Shown: piece after piece, positions 8,930 through 16,125 of the stretch
Numbering within the stretch: the first letter of the stretch is position 1
How the letters are laid out: each line of letters opens with the position of its first letter
Source: Fidelibacterota bacterium
GTDB lineage: Bacteria; Fidelibacterota; UBA2242
DNA: 16,125 bases
NCBI GenBank assembly: GCA_049975265.1
Contig: JBNGDF010000013.1
Coordinates: 26,831-42,955 of the forward strand
Direction of reading: 5' to 3'
Notes under the pieces: generated by a model
The model's database searches: none
Seen by the model: only the letters and a program-made list of their open reading frames with translations
What the model was told of the DNA's origin: nothing
Translations under genes and position numbers: made by a program

Positions 8930-9655
8930 TCAGACCATTTCGCAGAGACGATGCAACTTCCGAATCTCCGCCGCCCGCAGAAAACGCCACCGGCCCTGCG
9001 GAAGCGATCCGGCATGAATTCCCGCAAAACTGCTCCGCTCCAACATCACCACCCGATAGCCCAGCACTTTAAACATACGATGAATTTCCCGATTCAAGCC
9101 CTCCCGCAGTTCAATGGTCAGCAATGAGTGCTGCTTTGTCAGTCGGCTGTCGAGAATCCTGCCCCGGGCGGTTTCCCGCTGATTGAGACGGACCCCATCG
9201 GCGATGACACTCACCAGCTGATCATCAAAGGGTTTGTCCAGTTCCACCCGGTACACCCGGGGAATCCGGTATTTCGGGTGCGTCAGGCGGTAATGTAGCT
9301 CGCCGTCATTGGTACACAACAGTACTCCGGTGGTATCTTTATCCAAACGACCAACCGGTTTAACGACGGGAGATTTCGGTAAAAGCATGCCGACGTGCTT
9401 TCGATTCCGCTCGTCCTGTAGAGTCGTGATGTATCCGGCTGGTTTGTTCAACAACAGATACACCACGGTTTGTGGGGAGATCTTTCCGCCGTCCATGGTC
9501 ACGGTGTCCTGGTCCTGTACATAGACGGAAAAATCGGTGACAACTGTTCCGTTGATGGCGATCCGCCCCTCGCGGATCAATTCTTCACATTTCCGGCGTG
9601 AGGCAATCCCACAATGGGCTAAGTATCTATTCAGGCGCATCCCCGGCGGATTCAT
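8930..9655 (-). CDS. rluB: rRNA pseudouridine synthase, RsuA/RluB family
   Basis: N-terminal S4 domain (MRLNRYLAHCGIASRR), LNKPAGY, catalytic GRLDKDTTG, EGLNREIHRM. Conserved scpA-scpB-rluB-cmk order. The start is uncertain (ATG at 9640, 9655 or 9667). Confidence 0.88.
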   Translation of the reverse strand: MNPPGMRLNRYLAHCGIASRRKCEELIREGRIAINGTVVTDFSVYVQDQDTVTMDGGKISPQTVVYLLLNKPAGYITTLQDERNRKHVGMLLPKSPVVKPVGRLDKDTTGVLLCTNDGELHYRLTHPKYRIPRVYRVELDKPFDDQLVSVIADGVRLNQRETARGRILDSRLTKQHSLLTIELREGLNREIHRMFKVLGYRVVMLERSSFAGIHAGSLPQGRWRFLRAAEIRKLHRLCEMV

Positions 9656-10193
9656 CCTCGTCACCATTTTCAATCTTCACACTCATCAGCTCTTCTATCT
9701 CGGTCAGTTTGGGCAGGTCCTGCAGACTGTCAAGTCCAAAATATTCAAGAAAATGATCCGTTGTGCCGTACAACAGCGGTCGACCGGGTCCTTCCTGCCG
9801 ACCCTTAATCTCAATCAGATTTTTCTCCAGTAAGGATTTTAGATAGGAACTTACTCCCCGGATCGCATCGATCTCGCTGCGGGTTATAGGCTGCTTATAG
9901 GCAATAATCGAAAGCGTCTCCAGCGCCGATTTCGACAGCCTGACATTTCCCTGATGCTGATATAGTCGCCGAATCCAGGGCTCATACTCTTCGCGGGTCA
10001 TCAACCGGTAACCCCGGGCTATTTTCTGAATCCGGACCGGCAACCCTTCCTGATCGAGATAGTCATTGATCTCCACGATCAGTTCATCCAGCTCCACCAC
10101 TTCTGCCAGGCACAACTCCGCCTGTTCCCTCGTCAACGGTTTTTCAGCGGTAAAGAGCAACGCCAAAACGACTCTATGTGTCTGCGATAACAT
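9627..10193 (-). CDS. scpB: SMC-Scp complex subunit ScpB
   Basis: 188 aa. LSKSALETLSIIAYKQPITRSEIDAIRGV, GRPLLYGTT, FLEYFGLDSLQDLP. Confidence 0.96.
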   Translation of the reverse strand: MLSQTHRVVLALLFTAEKPLTREQAELCLAEVVELDELIVEINDYLDQEGLPVRIQKIARGYRLMTREEYEPWIRRLYQHQGNVRLSKSALETLSIIAYKQPITRSEIDAIRGVSSYLKSLLEKNLIEIKGRQEGPGRPLLYGTTDHFLEYFGLDSLQDLPKLTEIEELMSVKIENGDEDESAGDAPE

Positions 10194-10914
10194 CGGTTTC
10201 CTTTAATTCCAGTTTGGAAAGATATATATCACCAAAAATGTCTTTCTGGGAAACCCGGACCTCTTCGGATTTGACCATTTCGAGAATAGCCAGAAAGGTG
10301 ACCACCACCTCGATCCGGTTTTTCAATGTTGCGGCAATCGTGGAGAATTTAATCCGCTTTTTTCCCTGAAACATCCGGCGCAGAACCTGAGCCTGCTGGT
10401 TGACAGTGGTTTTATAGGTTTCAATTTCATAATATTTTGGTTTTGGCATCGCTTCCAATAACTGTTTGAAAGCCATCCCCAAATCAATCAGGTGGACATC
10501 CGCCAGAAACAGACCGGGGTCCCAGGCGATATCGTCTGTTCCGATTTTGACCGGATAGAGTTTTTGCTGACGATCCTCCAGATTTCGAAAAATCTCGCTG
10601 GCGGTTTGATATTTCTGGTACTCCAAAAGCATTTGGACCAATTCGGTCCGCGGATCTTCGATCACCTCTTCATCGTCAACCTGCTCGCGGGGCAGGAGCA
10701 TCTGGACTTTAATCCGCATCAGCAAAGCCGCCATGACGATAAATTCACCTGCCCGATGAAGGTTCAAACGCTGCATAATATTAAGATAATCAAGATACTC
10801 CTGAGTAATGTAGGCAATCGGGATGTCATAGATGTTGATCTCATCTCTTTTAATAAAAAAGAGCAGCAGGTCCAGAGGACCCTCGAATACCTCCAATTTG
10901 ACATTGTAGCTCAT
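10174..10914 (-). CDS. scpA: Segregation and condensation protein A (kleisin)
   Basis: 246 aa. FEGPLDLLL, IYDIPIAYITQEYL, GEFIVMAALLMRIK, DPRTELV, VVTFLAILE. Confidence 0.96.
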   Translation of the reverse strand: MSYNVKLEVFEGPLDLLLFFIKRDEINIYDIPIAYITQEYLDYLNIMQRLNLHRAGEFIVMAALLMRIKVQMLLPREQVDDEEVIEDPRTELVQMLLEYQKYQTASEIFRNLEDRQQKLYPVKIGTDDIAWDPGLFLADVHLIDLGMAFKQLLEAMPKPKYYEIETYKTTVNQQAQVLRRMFQGKKRIKFSTIAATLKNRIEVVVTFLAILEMVKSEEVRVSQKDIFGDIYLSKLELKETDVIADT

Positions 10915-10917
10915 GCA

Positions 10918-11904
10918 CTATCCCAGCGACATGGCGTCGCGGACATCCTTCATTGTATTTTCGGCGACCCGTCGAGCGCGCGCCTCGCCGTCCCGGATAA
11001 TGTCCAGCACCCGACCCATATTCGCAGCATACTCCCGACGCTTTTCCCGAAAGGGCTCAATCGTTTCGGAAATAGCCCCGGCACACCTCTGTTTACACTC
11101 TACGCATCCCAGGGCACCGCTGGTACATCCCGCATAAATCTCTTCAGTCGCCCCGGCATTGAAACGTTTATGATAGGTGTAGATCAGACAGATTTCGGGG
11201 CGTCCGGGATCACCGCGACGGATTTTCTGCGGATCGGTCACAGCTTTGCGGACCTTCTGTCCGATTTCCTCTTCACTATCAGATAACAGAATGGTGTTAC
11301 CGACCGATTTACTCATCTTGTTTCCGTCGAGACCGGGCAACCGGGCAAAAGTCGTCAGCCTGGTTTTCGGAATCGGAAAAACGTGTCCATAGGTGGTATT
11401 GAATTTACGGGCAATTTCCCGGGTGATTTCCACATGCGGCGCCTGATCTTCGCCTACCGGGACGACGTTTGCCTTGTACAGCAAAATATCCGCTGCCTGC
11501 AACACCGGATAGCCCAGATGACCGTAAACAATCGTCTCCATATTCAGGTCCCGAATCTGCTCTTTCAGAGTCGGATTTCTCTCCAGTCGGGCAGTGGTGA
11601 TCAGCATGGAAAAAATCAGATGCAGTTCCGCGTGTTCCTTCACCTGGCTCTGACGAAAAATCGGGCTCTTTTGGGGATCAATTCCCACCGCCAGCCAATC
11701 CGCCACCATTTCCAGCGTATTCTCCAGAATATCCTCGGTGCTCAAATTGGTCGTAAGGGCATGATAATCAGCAATCAGATGGTAATTTTCATAGCTACCC
11801 TGCATTGCCACCCAGTTTTCCAGCGCTCCGACATAATTGCCCAGATGCATCTTGCCGGTGGGTCGCATACCGCTTAAAATTCGTCCTTTTTTCTTTACAT
11901 TCAT
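10918..11904 (-). CDS. trpS: Tryptophan--tRNA ligase
   Basis: 328 aa. SGMRPTGKMHLGN (HIGH-like), YPVLQAADIL, VPVGEDQ, KMSKS. Confidence 0.97.
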   Translation of the reverse strand: MNVKKKGRILSGMRPTGKMHLGNYVGALENWVAMQGSYENYHLIADYHALTTNLSTEDILENTLEMVADWLAVGIDPQKSPIFRQSQVKEHAELHLIFSMLITTARLERNPTLKEQIRDLNMETIVYGHLGYPVLQAADILLYKANVVPVGEDQAPHVEITREIARKFNTTYGHVFPIPKTRLTTFARLPGLDGNKMSKSVGNTILLSDSEEEIGQKVRKAVTDPQKIRRGDPGRPEICLIYTYHKRFNAGATEEIYAGCTSGALGCVECKQRCAGAISETIEPFREKRREYAANMGRVLDIIRDGEARARRVAENTMKDVRDAMSLG

Positions 11905-11914
11905 GGTTTTCTTT

Positions 11915-12439
11915 CTAATCTAAATACAGATAGGGTCGCCATTCTTCCAGAGGTGCACTCAGGAAGCGCTGCAGCGTATGCAGCTTATGCGGTCGCTTTG
12001 GTTTTGATCGCAACGTCATTCCGGTCAGTTCCAGCAGTCGGTCACCTTTTTTATTATTACATCGAATGCACGCCGCCACCAGGTTTTCCCAGGTATCCTG
12101 ACCACCCATCACCTTCGGGATAACATGATCGATGGTCAGCGGTACGTTGGTTGCACCGCAATACTGACAGGTGTAATTATCACGCCTCAGAATATTGGCT
12201 TTGTTTAAGACCGCATACCAGTTACGCACCCGCACATAATGATTGATCCGAATAATCGTGGGCACCGGAAACTCACTGCTGGCAGAATAGATCACCAAGT
12301 GTTGGACATTTTTGACCAAGCTGGCTTTCTTTTCAATCAACAACACAATCGCCCGCTTTACGTCGCAGATATGCAGCGGTTCGTAAGTCTGGTTTAACAC
12401 CAGTACCGAGCGATTAATTATGGCGCCATTTCCTGTCAT
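11915..12439 (-). CDS. HNH endonuclease (McrA/HNH_5-like)
   Basis: 174 aa. N-terminal VLVLNQTYEPL, RRDNYTCQYCG, TIDHVIPKVMGGQDTWENLVAACIRCNNKKG, WRPYL. Overlaps the murE stop codon by 4 nt (ATGA). Confidence 0.92.
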   Translation of the reverse strand: MTGNGAIINRSVLVLNQTYEPLHICDVKRAIVLLIEKKASLVKNVQHLVIYSASSEFPVPTIIRINHYVRVRNWYAVLNKANILRRDNYTCQYCGATNVPLTIDHVIPKVMGGQDTWENLVAACIRCNNKKGDRLLELTGMTLRSKPKRPHKLHTLQRFLSAPLEEWRPYLYLD

Positions 12440-13938
12440 TTTACTGTCTGTTTGAATACTCCGCTTCTTTTCTTCAAAATCTCATCCGCCACTTCGACGT
12501 CATTAAAATGGATCGTGCGGTCTTTCAGTGCCTGGGTCGTTTCATGACCCTTTCCGGCAATTAATACCAGATCATCCGGTTGGGCAATCTCCATCCCGCG
12601 TTCAATTGCCCGGTACCGATCGTGAATGACCTCATAGTCGAAACCATCCCGCCCCTTGATGCCTGCCACAATCTGTTCCACAATCCGTTCAGGATCTTCG
12701 GTACGCGGATTGTCATCGGTAATAATCGCTATATCACTCAACTCTTCAGCGACAGCCGCCATTTTGGGACGTTTATCGGGATCACGGTCGCCGCCGCAGC
12801 CAAAGACCGTGATGATCCGCCGGGGATTCATGGATCTGGCGGCATTCAGCACCTTTATCAGTCCGTCAGGGGTATGGGCATAATCGACGATGACCGTAAA
12901 ATTCTGTCCTTGATTAATCGACTGAAAACGACCAGCGACGATAATATTCTGCTCGAGCCCAGTCTTGATCTCCGCTAAGCTCAAGTCATGCTCCAACACC
13001 GCCGCCACCGCCGCCAGCATATTGTAGAGGTTGAACATCCCGCGCAGTCTGGCATGGACCTCGATTTCACCGACCGGTGTCACAAGCGTAAATGTCGTCC
13101 CGCTGCCATCCATTTGGATATTCCGGGCTGAAACGTCGGCACTGTTTTCAATGCCATACCGCACAACTTTCGCTTTGGCTGCTTCAATAAAATACGATAC
13201 CGATGGATCGTCAACATTGACCACAACATTCTTGTCCTCTCCGAGGCTCCCGAACCAGCGCAATTTGGCAGCCCGGTATGCCTCCATGGTCTTATGCCAA
13301 TCCAGGTGATCCTGGGTAAAATTCGTCCAGATTCCGGTTTCATACTCAATCCCGGCAACCCGGTGAAAATCCACACCGTGTGACGAGACTTCCATGACAC
13401 AATATTCCACACCCTCGTTTTTCATCCGTGTAAATATCTCTTGCAGGTCAGGCGGTTCGGGCGTTGTGTCTTTGGACTGATATATTTTCCCGTTAATTTT
13501 ATAATACAGGGTCCCGATCAGACCGGTGCGATATTTCTGTGATAAAAGACTCTCCACCACATGCGCGGTGGTCGTCTTGCCGTTCGTTCCGGTGATGCCA
13601 ATCAGGTTGAACGATCGCGCCGGATGCCGGTAAAATTCACCCGCCACCAGCGCCAGAGCGAGTCGGGAGTCCGGCACGATAATCTTCGCAACATTCTCCG
13701 GCACATCCACATCTTTTTCGACAATCACCGCCACTGCACCGGCTTTGATGGCATCGCCGACAAAGGGGTGACCGTCCGGCAGCTCGATTTTGTCCAATTG
13801 GGTATAAATATTGATCGCCACATATAAAAATCCGGTTTTGACACGCAGAGGATCGTAGACAACGCCCCTGATATCCGGATTCCGGTTCCCCACCACCCTT
13901 TTTTCCGGAAGAATGTTTAATAGCTGCTCAAGTTTCAT
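12436..13938 (-). CDS. murE: UDP-N-acetylmuramoyl-L-alanyl-D-glutamate--2,6-diaminopimelate ligase
   Basis: 500 aa. GITGTNGKTTT, TTPE, MEVSSH, QDHLD.H, VDYAHTPDG, FGCGGDRD..KRP, DNPR (meso-DAP specificity motif), GKGHE. Confidence 0.93.
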   Translation of the reverse strand: MKLEQLLNILPEKRVVGNRNPDIRGVVYDPLRVKTGFLYVAINIYTQLDKIELPDGHPFVGDAIKAGAVAVIVEKDVDVPENVAKIIVPDSRLALALVAGEFYRHPARSFNLIGITGTNGKTTTAHVVESLLSQKYRTGLIGTLYYKINGKIYQSKDTTPEPPDLQEIFTRMKNEGVEYCVMEVSSHGVDFHRVAGIEYETGIWTNFTQDHLDWHKTMEAYRAAKLRWFGSLGEDKNVVVNVDDPSVSYFIEAAKAKVVRYGIENSADVSARNIQMDGSGTTFTLVTPVGEIEVHARLRGMFNLYNMLAAVAAVLEHDLSLAEIKTGLEQNIIVAGRFQSINQGQNFTVIVDYAHTPDGLIKVLNAARSMNPRRIITVFGCGGDRDPDKRPKMAAVAEELSDIAIITDDNPRTEDPERIVEQIVAGIKGRDGFDYEVIHDRYRAIERGMEIAQPDDLVLIAGKGHETTQALKDRTIHFNDVEVADEILKKRSGVFKQTVK

Positions 13939-13973
13939 ATTACCCTTTCAATGTACAACAATTTCGACTTCGG

Positions 13974-15203
13974 TTATATCGTCAGAATCCGGCTCATATA
14001 ATCATCAAAGGTCTCCCGCCGGGTAATTAGTTTAGCCGTTCCGTCTGCAATCGCAACTTCCGCCGGTCGGAAACGCAGATTATAGGGCATCGCCATGACG
14101 CTGCCGTAGGCGCCAGCCTGAGTGAAAACCAACAGATCACCCTCCTGGACTTCAGGCAGCTGCCGGTCTTTGGTAAAAATGTCGGTATTCTCACAAATCT
14201 GCCCGCAAATATCCACTATCATCGTCACTTTTTGATCCTCTTTACTATCGACATAAATGGGGTGCTGGGCACCGTAGAGCGCCGAACGGATCAGGGTATT
14301 GAAACCGGCGTCAATGCCCACAAACGTCCGGTATCCGCGCTTAATGCCGTTTACCCGGCTGATCATCCAGCCCGCGTCACCGACCAGATAACGTCCCGGC
14401 TCCAGCGCCAGTCTCGGGTTCCCCAGATCCAGATCCCGGACCTTCTGTTTAAAAACCTTCATCGTCGATCGGGCGACCTTATCAATATCAAGCTCCCTGT
14501 TGTCGCCAAAGTACGGTATTCCCAGACCACCGCCCATATCAATAAATTCGAAATTGATATCCAACTCCTTTTTAATCTCACCCAGCTCGTTCAGAAAGAG
14601 TTCCAGCATTGCCGGAAAATGCTCTTCGTCCAGTACGCCGGAGCCGGTCATCATGTGGGCACCGAAACGGGTGATGCCCGCCTCGAGTGCATTGCGGTAG
14701 GCGATGACCGCTTTTTCAAAAGGCACCCCGAATTTTGCCTTATCGCCGCCGGTGGTAATCTGCTCGTACTTCCCGCGCCCTTTTCCCGGATTAATTCGGT
14801 ACGCAATCAATTCCGGTTTGCCGATTCGCAAGAGTCGCTCCAGAGACGAAATATCATCCAGATTGATTTTCGCACCGGCGTCGAACGCGGCTTTCAGGTC
14901 GGCAGGACTTTCATAATTGCCAGTATACAGAATATTTCTGCCATCAATGCCGAGATTCAATGCCAGCTGCACTTCGCCCGGACTGACGCAATCCAAACCG
15001 AATCCCGACTCGATAAAAATCCGCACAATTTCAGGATGACAGTTGGCTTTCATGGCGTAATAAAAATCCACTGTTTCCCCTTCGGCAGTGAATGCCGCTT
15101 TCAGGCGTCGGGCATTTTCCTGAATTCTCGAAAAATCGTAGACATACAGCGGCGTGCCATATTCCTCAGCCAGTTGCCGGACAGAAACTCCAGAAATATC
15201 CAT
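13974..15203 (-). CDS. lysA: Diaminopimelate decarboxylase (fold-type III PLP enzyme)
   Basis: 409 aa. YGTPLYVYD, YAMKAN (PLP lysine), DCVSPGE, RINPG..KFG, DMGGGLG, EPGRYLV, GQICENTD, GAYG..M...YNLR.RPAEV. Confidence 0.9.
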   Translation of the reverse strand: MDISGVSVRQLAEEYGTPLYVYDFSRIQENARRLKAAFTAEGETVDFYYAMKANCHPEIVRIFIESGFGLDCVSPGEVQLALNLGIDGRNILYTGNYESPADLKAAFDAGAKINLDDISSLERLLRIGKPELIAYRINPGKGRGKYEQITTGGDKAKFGVPFEKAVIAYRNALEAGITRFGAHMMTGSGVLDEEHFPAMLELFLNELGEIKKELDINFEFIDMGGGLGIPYFGDNRELDIDKVARSTMKVFKQKVRDLDLGNPRLALEPGRYLVGDAGWMISRVNGIKRGYRTFVGIDAGFNTLIRSALYGAQHPIYVDSKEDQKVTMIVDICGQICENTDIFTKDRQLPEVQEGDLLVFTQAGAYGSVMAMPYNLRFRPAEVAIADGTAKLITRRETFDDYMSRILTI

Positions 15204-15278
15204 AATTCACTTTCCTTAGTTTTAATGAACAGTATGATTGCTCATTCCGGGGAGCCGTCGGTGACTCGAACAATCACT

Positions 15279-15743
15279 TTACATAATTACTTTGACAAAA
15301 TCCTCATCAATCCGCAGCTGCAGTGCCTCAAAACTCTCTATTTTCAGGGTATGGTCAAAGCAGCCCTTCCGCAAACATCCGGAAACCTCGCCTTCATTCG
15401 GCAAAACCAGCGTAAATACCGGCGCTGAACAGGTTCTGCAGGTCTCGGTCTCATCGACCAGAGAAACTCCGCAATGCGGGCACGAAAAGCGGACAATCTC
15501 ACCGTCCGGTACATCCAGCTCCGAAATATGTTCGTAACTGCCAAACTCCGGATCGAGATAGATGAAACCCTCCTGATCGTTGTAGTGAATTTTCACACAG
15601 ATTGAATTAAGGTCCCGAATTTTGACCTTTTCACACATCAAATCACAACCGTTCGGGCAGTGAGCGGATTGAATGTAAACCATCCTGACCTGTTCGCTCA
15701 CTGATGTTTTCGAAAGGTGTACATCTTTCAGCCTCTCACCCAT
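15279..15743 (-). CDS. Cys-rich hypothetical protein, putative metal (Zn/Fe) binding
   Basis: The ATG at 15743 has AAAGGA upstream and gives 154 aa; the longer 203-aa ORF extends into AT-rich intergenic DNA. Motifs CPNGC, CPHC, CRTC, CLRKGCFDH. Confidence 0.75.
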   Translation of the reverse strand: MGERLKDVHLSKTSVSEQVRMVYIQSAHCPNGCDLMCEKVKIRDLNSICVKIHYNDQEGFIYLDPEFGSYEHISELDVPDGEIVRFSCPHCGVSLVDETETCRTCSAPVFTLVLPNEGEVSGCLRKGCFDHTLKIESFEALQLRIDEDFVKVIM

Positions 15744-15870
15744 GATATTTCCTTTCAAATATTCAGTTTGTAAGTTAAGAAATTTCCGGTAAATAAAACA
15801 AAGGTGAATTTCTATATCTGGCACCACGCAAAAAATTTTATACCGAATATTGTCGGTTAAAAATCTAATC

Positions 15871-15899
15871 TTGATTATTGACAACGGCAATTGTAACTT
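15871..15899 (+). promoter_or_regulatory. Putative sigma70-type promoter for tRNA-Ala
   Basis: TTGATT (15871-15876), 17-bp spacer, TAACTT (15894-15899), then a GC-rich discriminator-like GTCCGC. The tRNA starts 16 nt after the -10 box. Confidence 0.5.
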
Positions 15900-15915
15900 A
15901 GTCCGCTTTTTTAAA

Positions 15916-15978
<63 letters not shown>

Positions 15979-15988
<10 letters not shown>

Positions 15989-16125
15989 CAAATCCAAAAC
16001 AAATCTGCGCACCAAGCAGGAGAGCGTCACGATGCAATCGGGAAGGTCGTCGGTTTCCCGATACTCGGGATCCAGCTCCACAAATCCAAAACAAATCTGC
16101 GCACCAAGCAGGAGAGCGTCACGAT
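15979..16125 (+). repeat. 92-bp-period tandem repeat downstream of tRNA-Ala, truncated at the window end
   Basis: 15979-16033 is identical to 16071-16125 (55 bp). AGGTCGTCGGTT occurs at 15959-15970 and 16044-16055. GGAGAGCG occurs at 15934, 16019 and 16111. Confidence 0.95.
16019..16080 (+). pseudogene. tRNA-Ala-derived remnant (D-loop to discriminator) with substituted anticodon arm and T-loop
   Basis: Colinear blocks GGAGAGCG, AGGTCGTCGGTT and TCCAGCTCCA are identical to the upstream tRNA. The 5' acceptor strand is absent and the intervening segments are replaced by hairpins. Confidence 0.8.

Noticed and set aside
9627..10914. scpAB without smc as an unusual or Wadjet-like system
   Set aside because: trpS-scpA-scpB-rluB-cmk-rpsA is an ordinary housekeeping arrangement, and smc is commonly unlinked.
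10492..11877. Plus-strand ORFs of 264 and 164 aa, and similar ones at 6565-7275, 8370-9017 and 4500-4961
   Set aside because: All overlap well-supported minus-strand genes and lack motifs, consistent with codon-bias shadows.
15204..15278. Lysine riboswitch upstream of lysA
   Set aside because: The gap is only 75 nt and lacks the multi-stem L-box architecture.
14232..15428. 398-aa plus-strand ORF
   Set aside because: Antisense shadow of lysA with no recognisable motifs.
15878..15883. Perfect TTGACA as the tRNA -35 box
   Set aside because: No -10-like hexamer lies 16-18 bp downstream. TTGATT-17-TAACTT fits better.
15744..15890. N-terminal extension of the 203-aa ORF
   Set aside because: It runs through AT-rich promoter DNA from a non-ATG start. 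The ATG at 15743 has a clear RBS.
16005..16019. GCGCACCA in the spacer as a second tRNA 3' end, and a CTGC/GCAG mini-hairpin
   Set aside because: Too short, and no T-arm sequence precedes it.

Overview
Bacterial DNA whose gene content and order suggest the FCB group (e.g. Marinimicrobia/Calditrichaeota-like); this is inference. Almost the whole window is one tightly packed run of minus-strand genes, read right to left: Cys-rich hypothetical, lysA, murE, HNH nuclease, trpS, scpA, scpB, rluB, cmk, rpsA, a terminator hairpin, YbbR/CdaR-like, tsaD, a vWA membrane protein and ugd. A divergently transcribed tRNA-Ala(GGC) lies at the right end. The unexplained structure is at the two edges. At the right, the tRNA is followed by a 92-bp tandem unit made of a 30-nt spacer plus a tRNA-Ala remnant. 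In that remnant the anticodon arm and the T-loop region are each replaced by a TCCCGA-Nx-TCGGGA-type hairpin, and the array runs off the window. At the left, a non-coding 11-bp tandem repeat starts right after the ugd stop codon. Other oddities are an S1 with long acidic and Lys-rich tails, and a lone murE with a divergent N-terminus next to an atypical lysA. No CRISPR array, integrase or transposase is visible.
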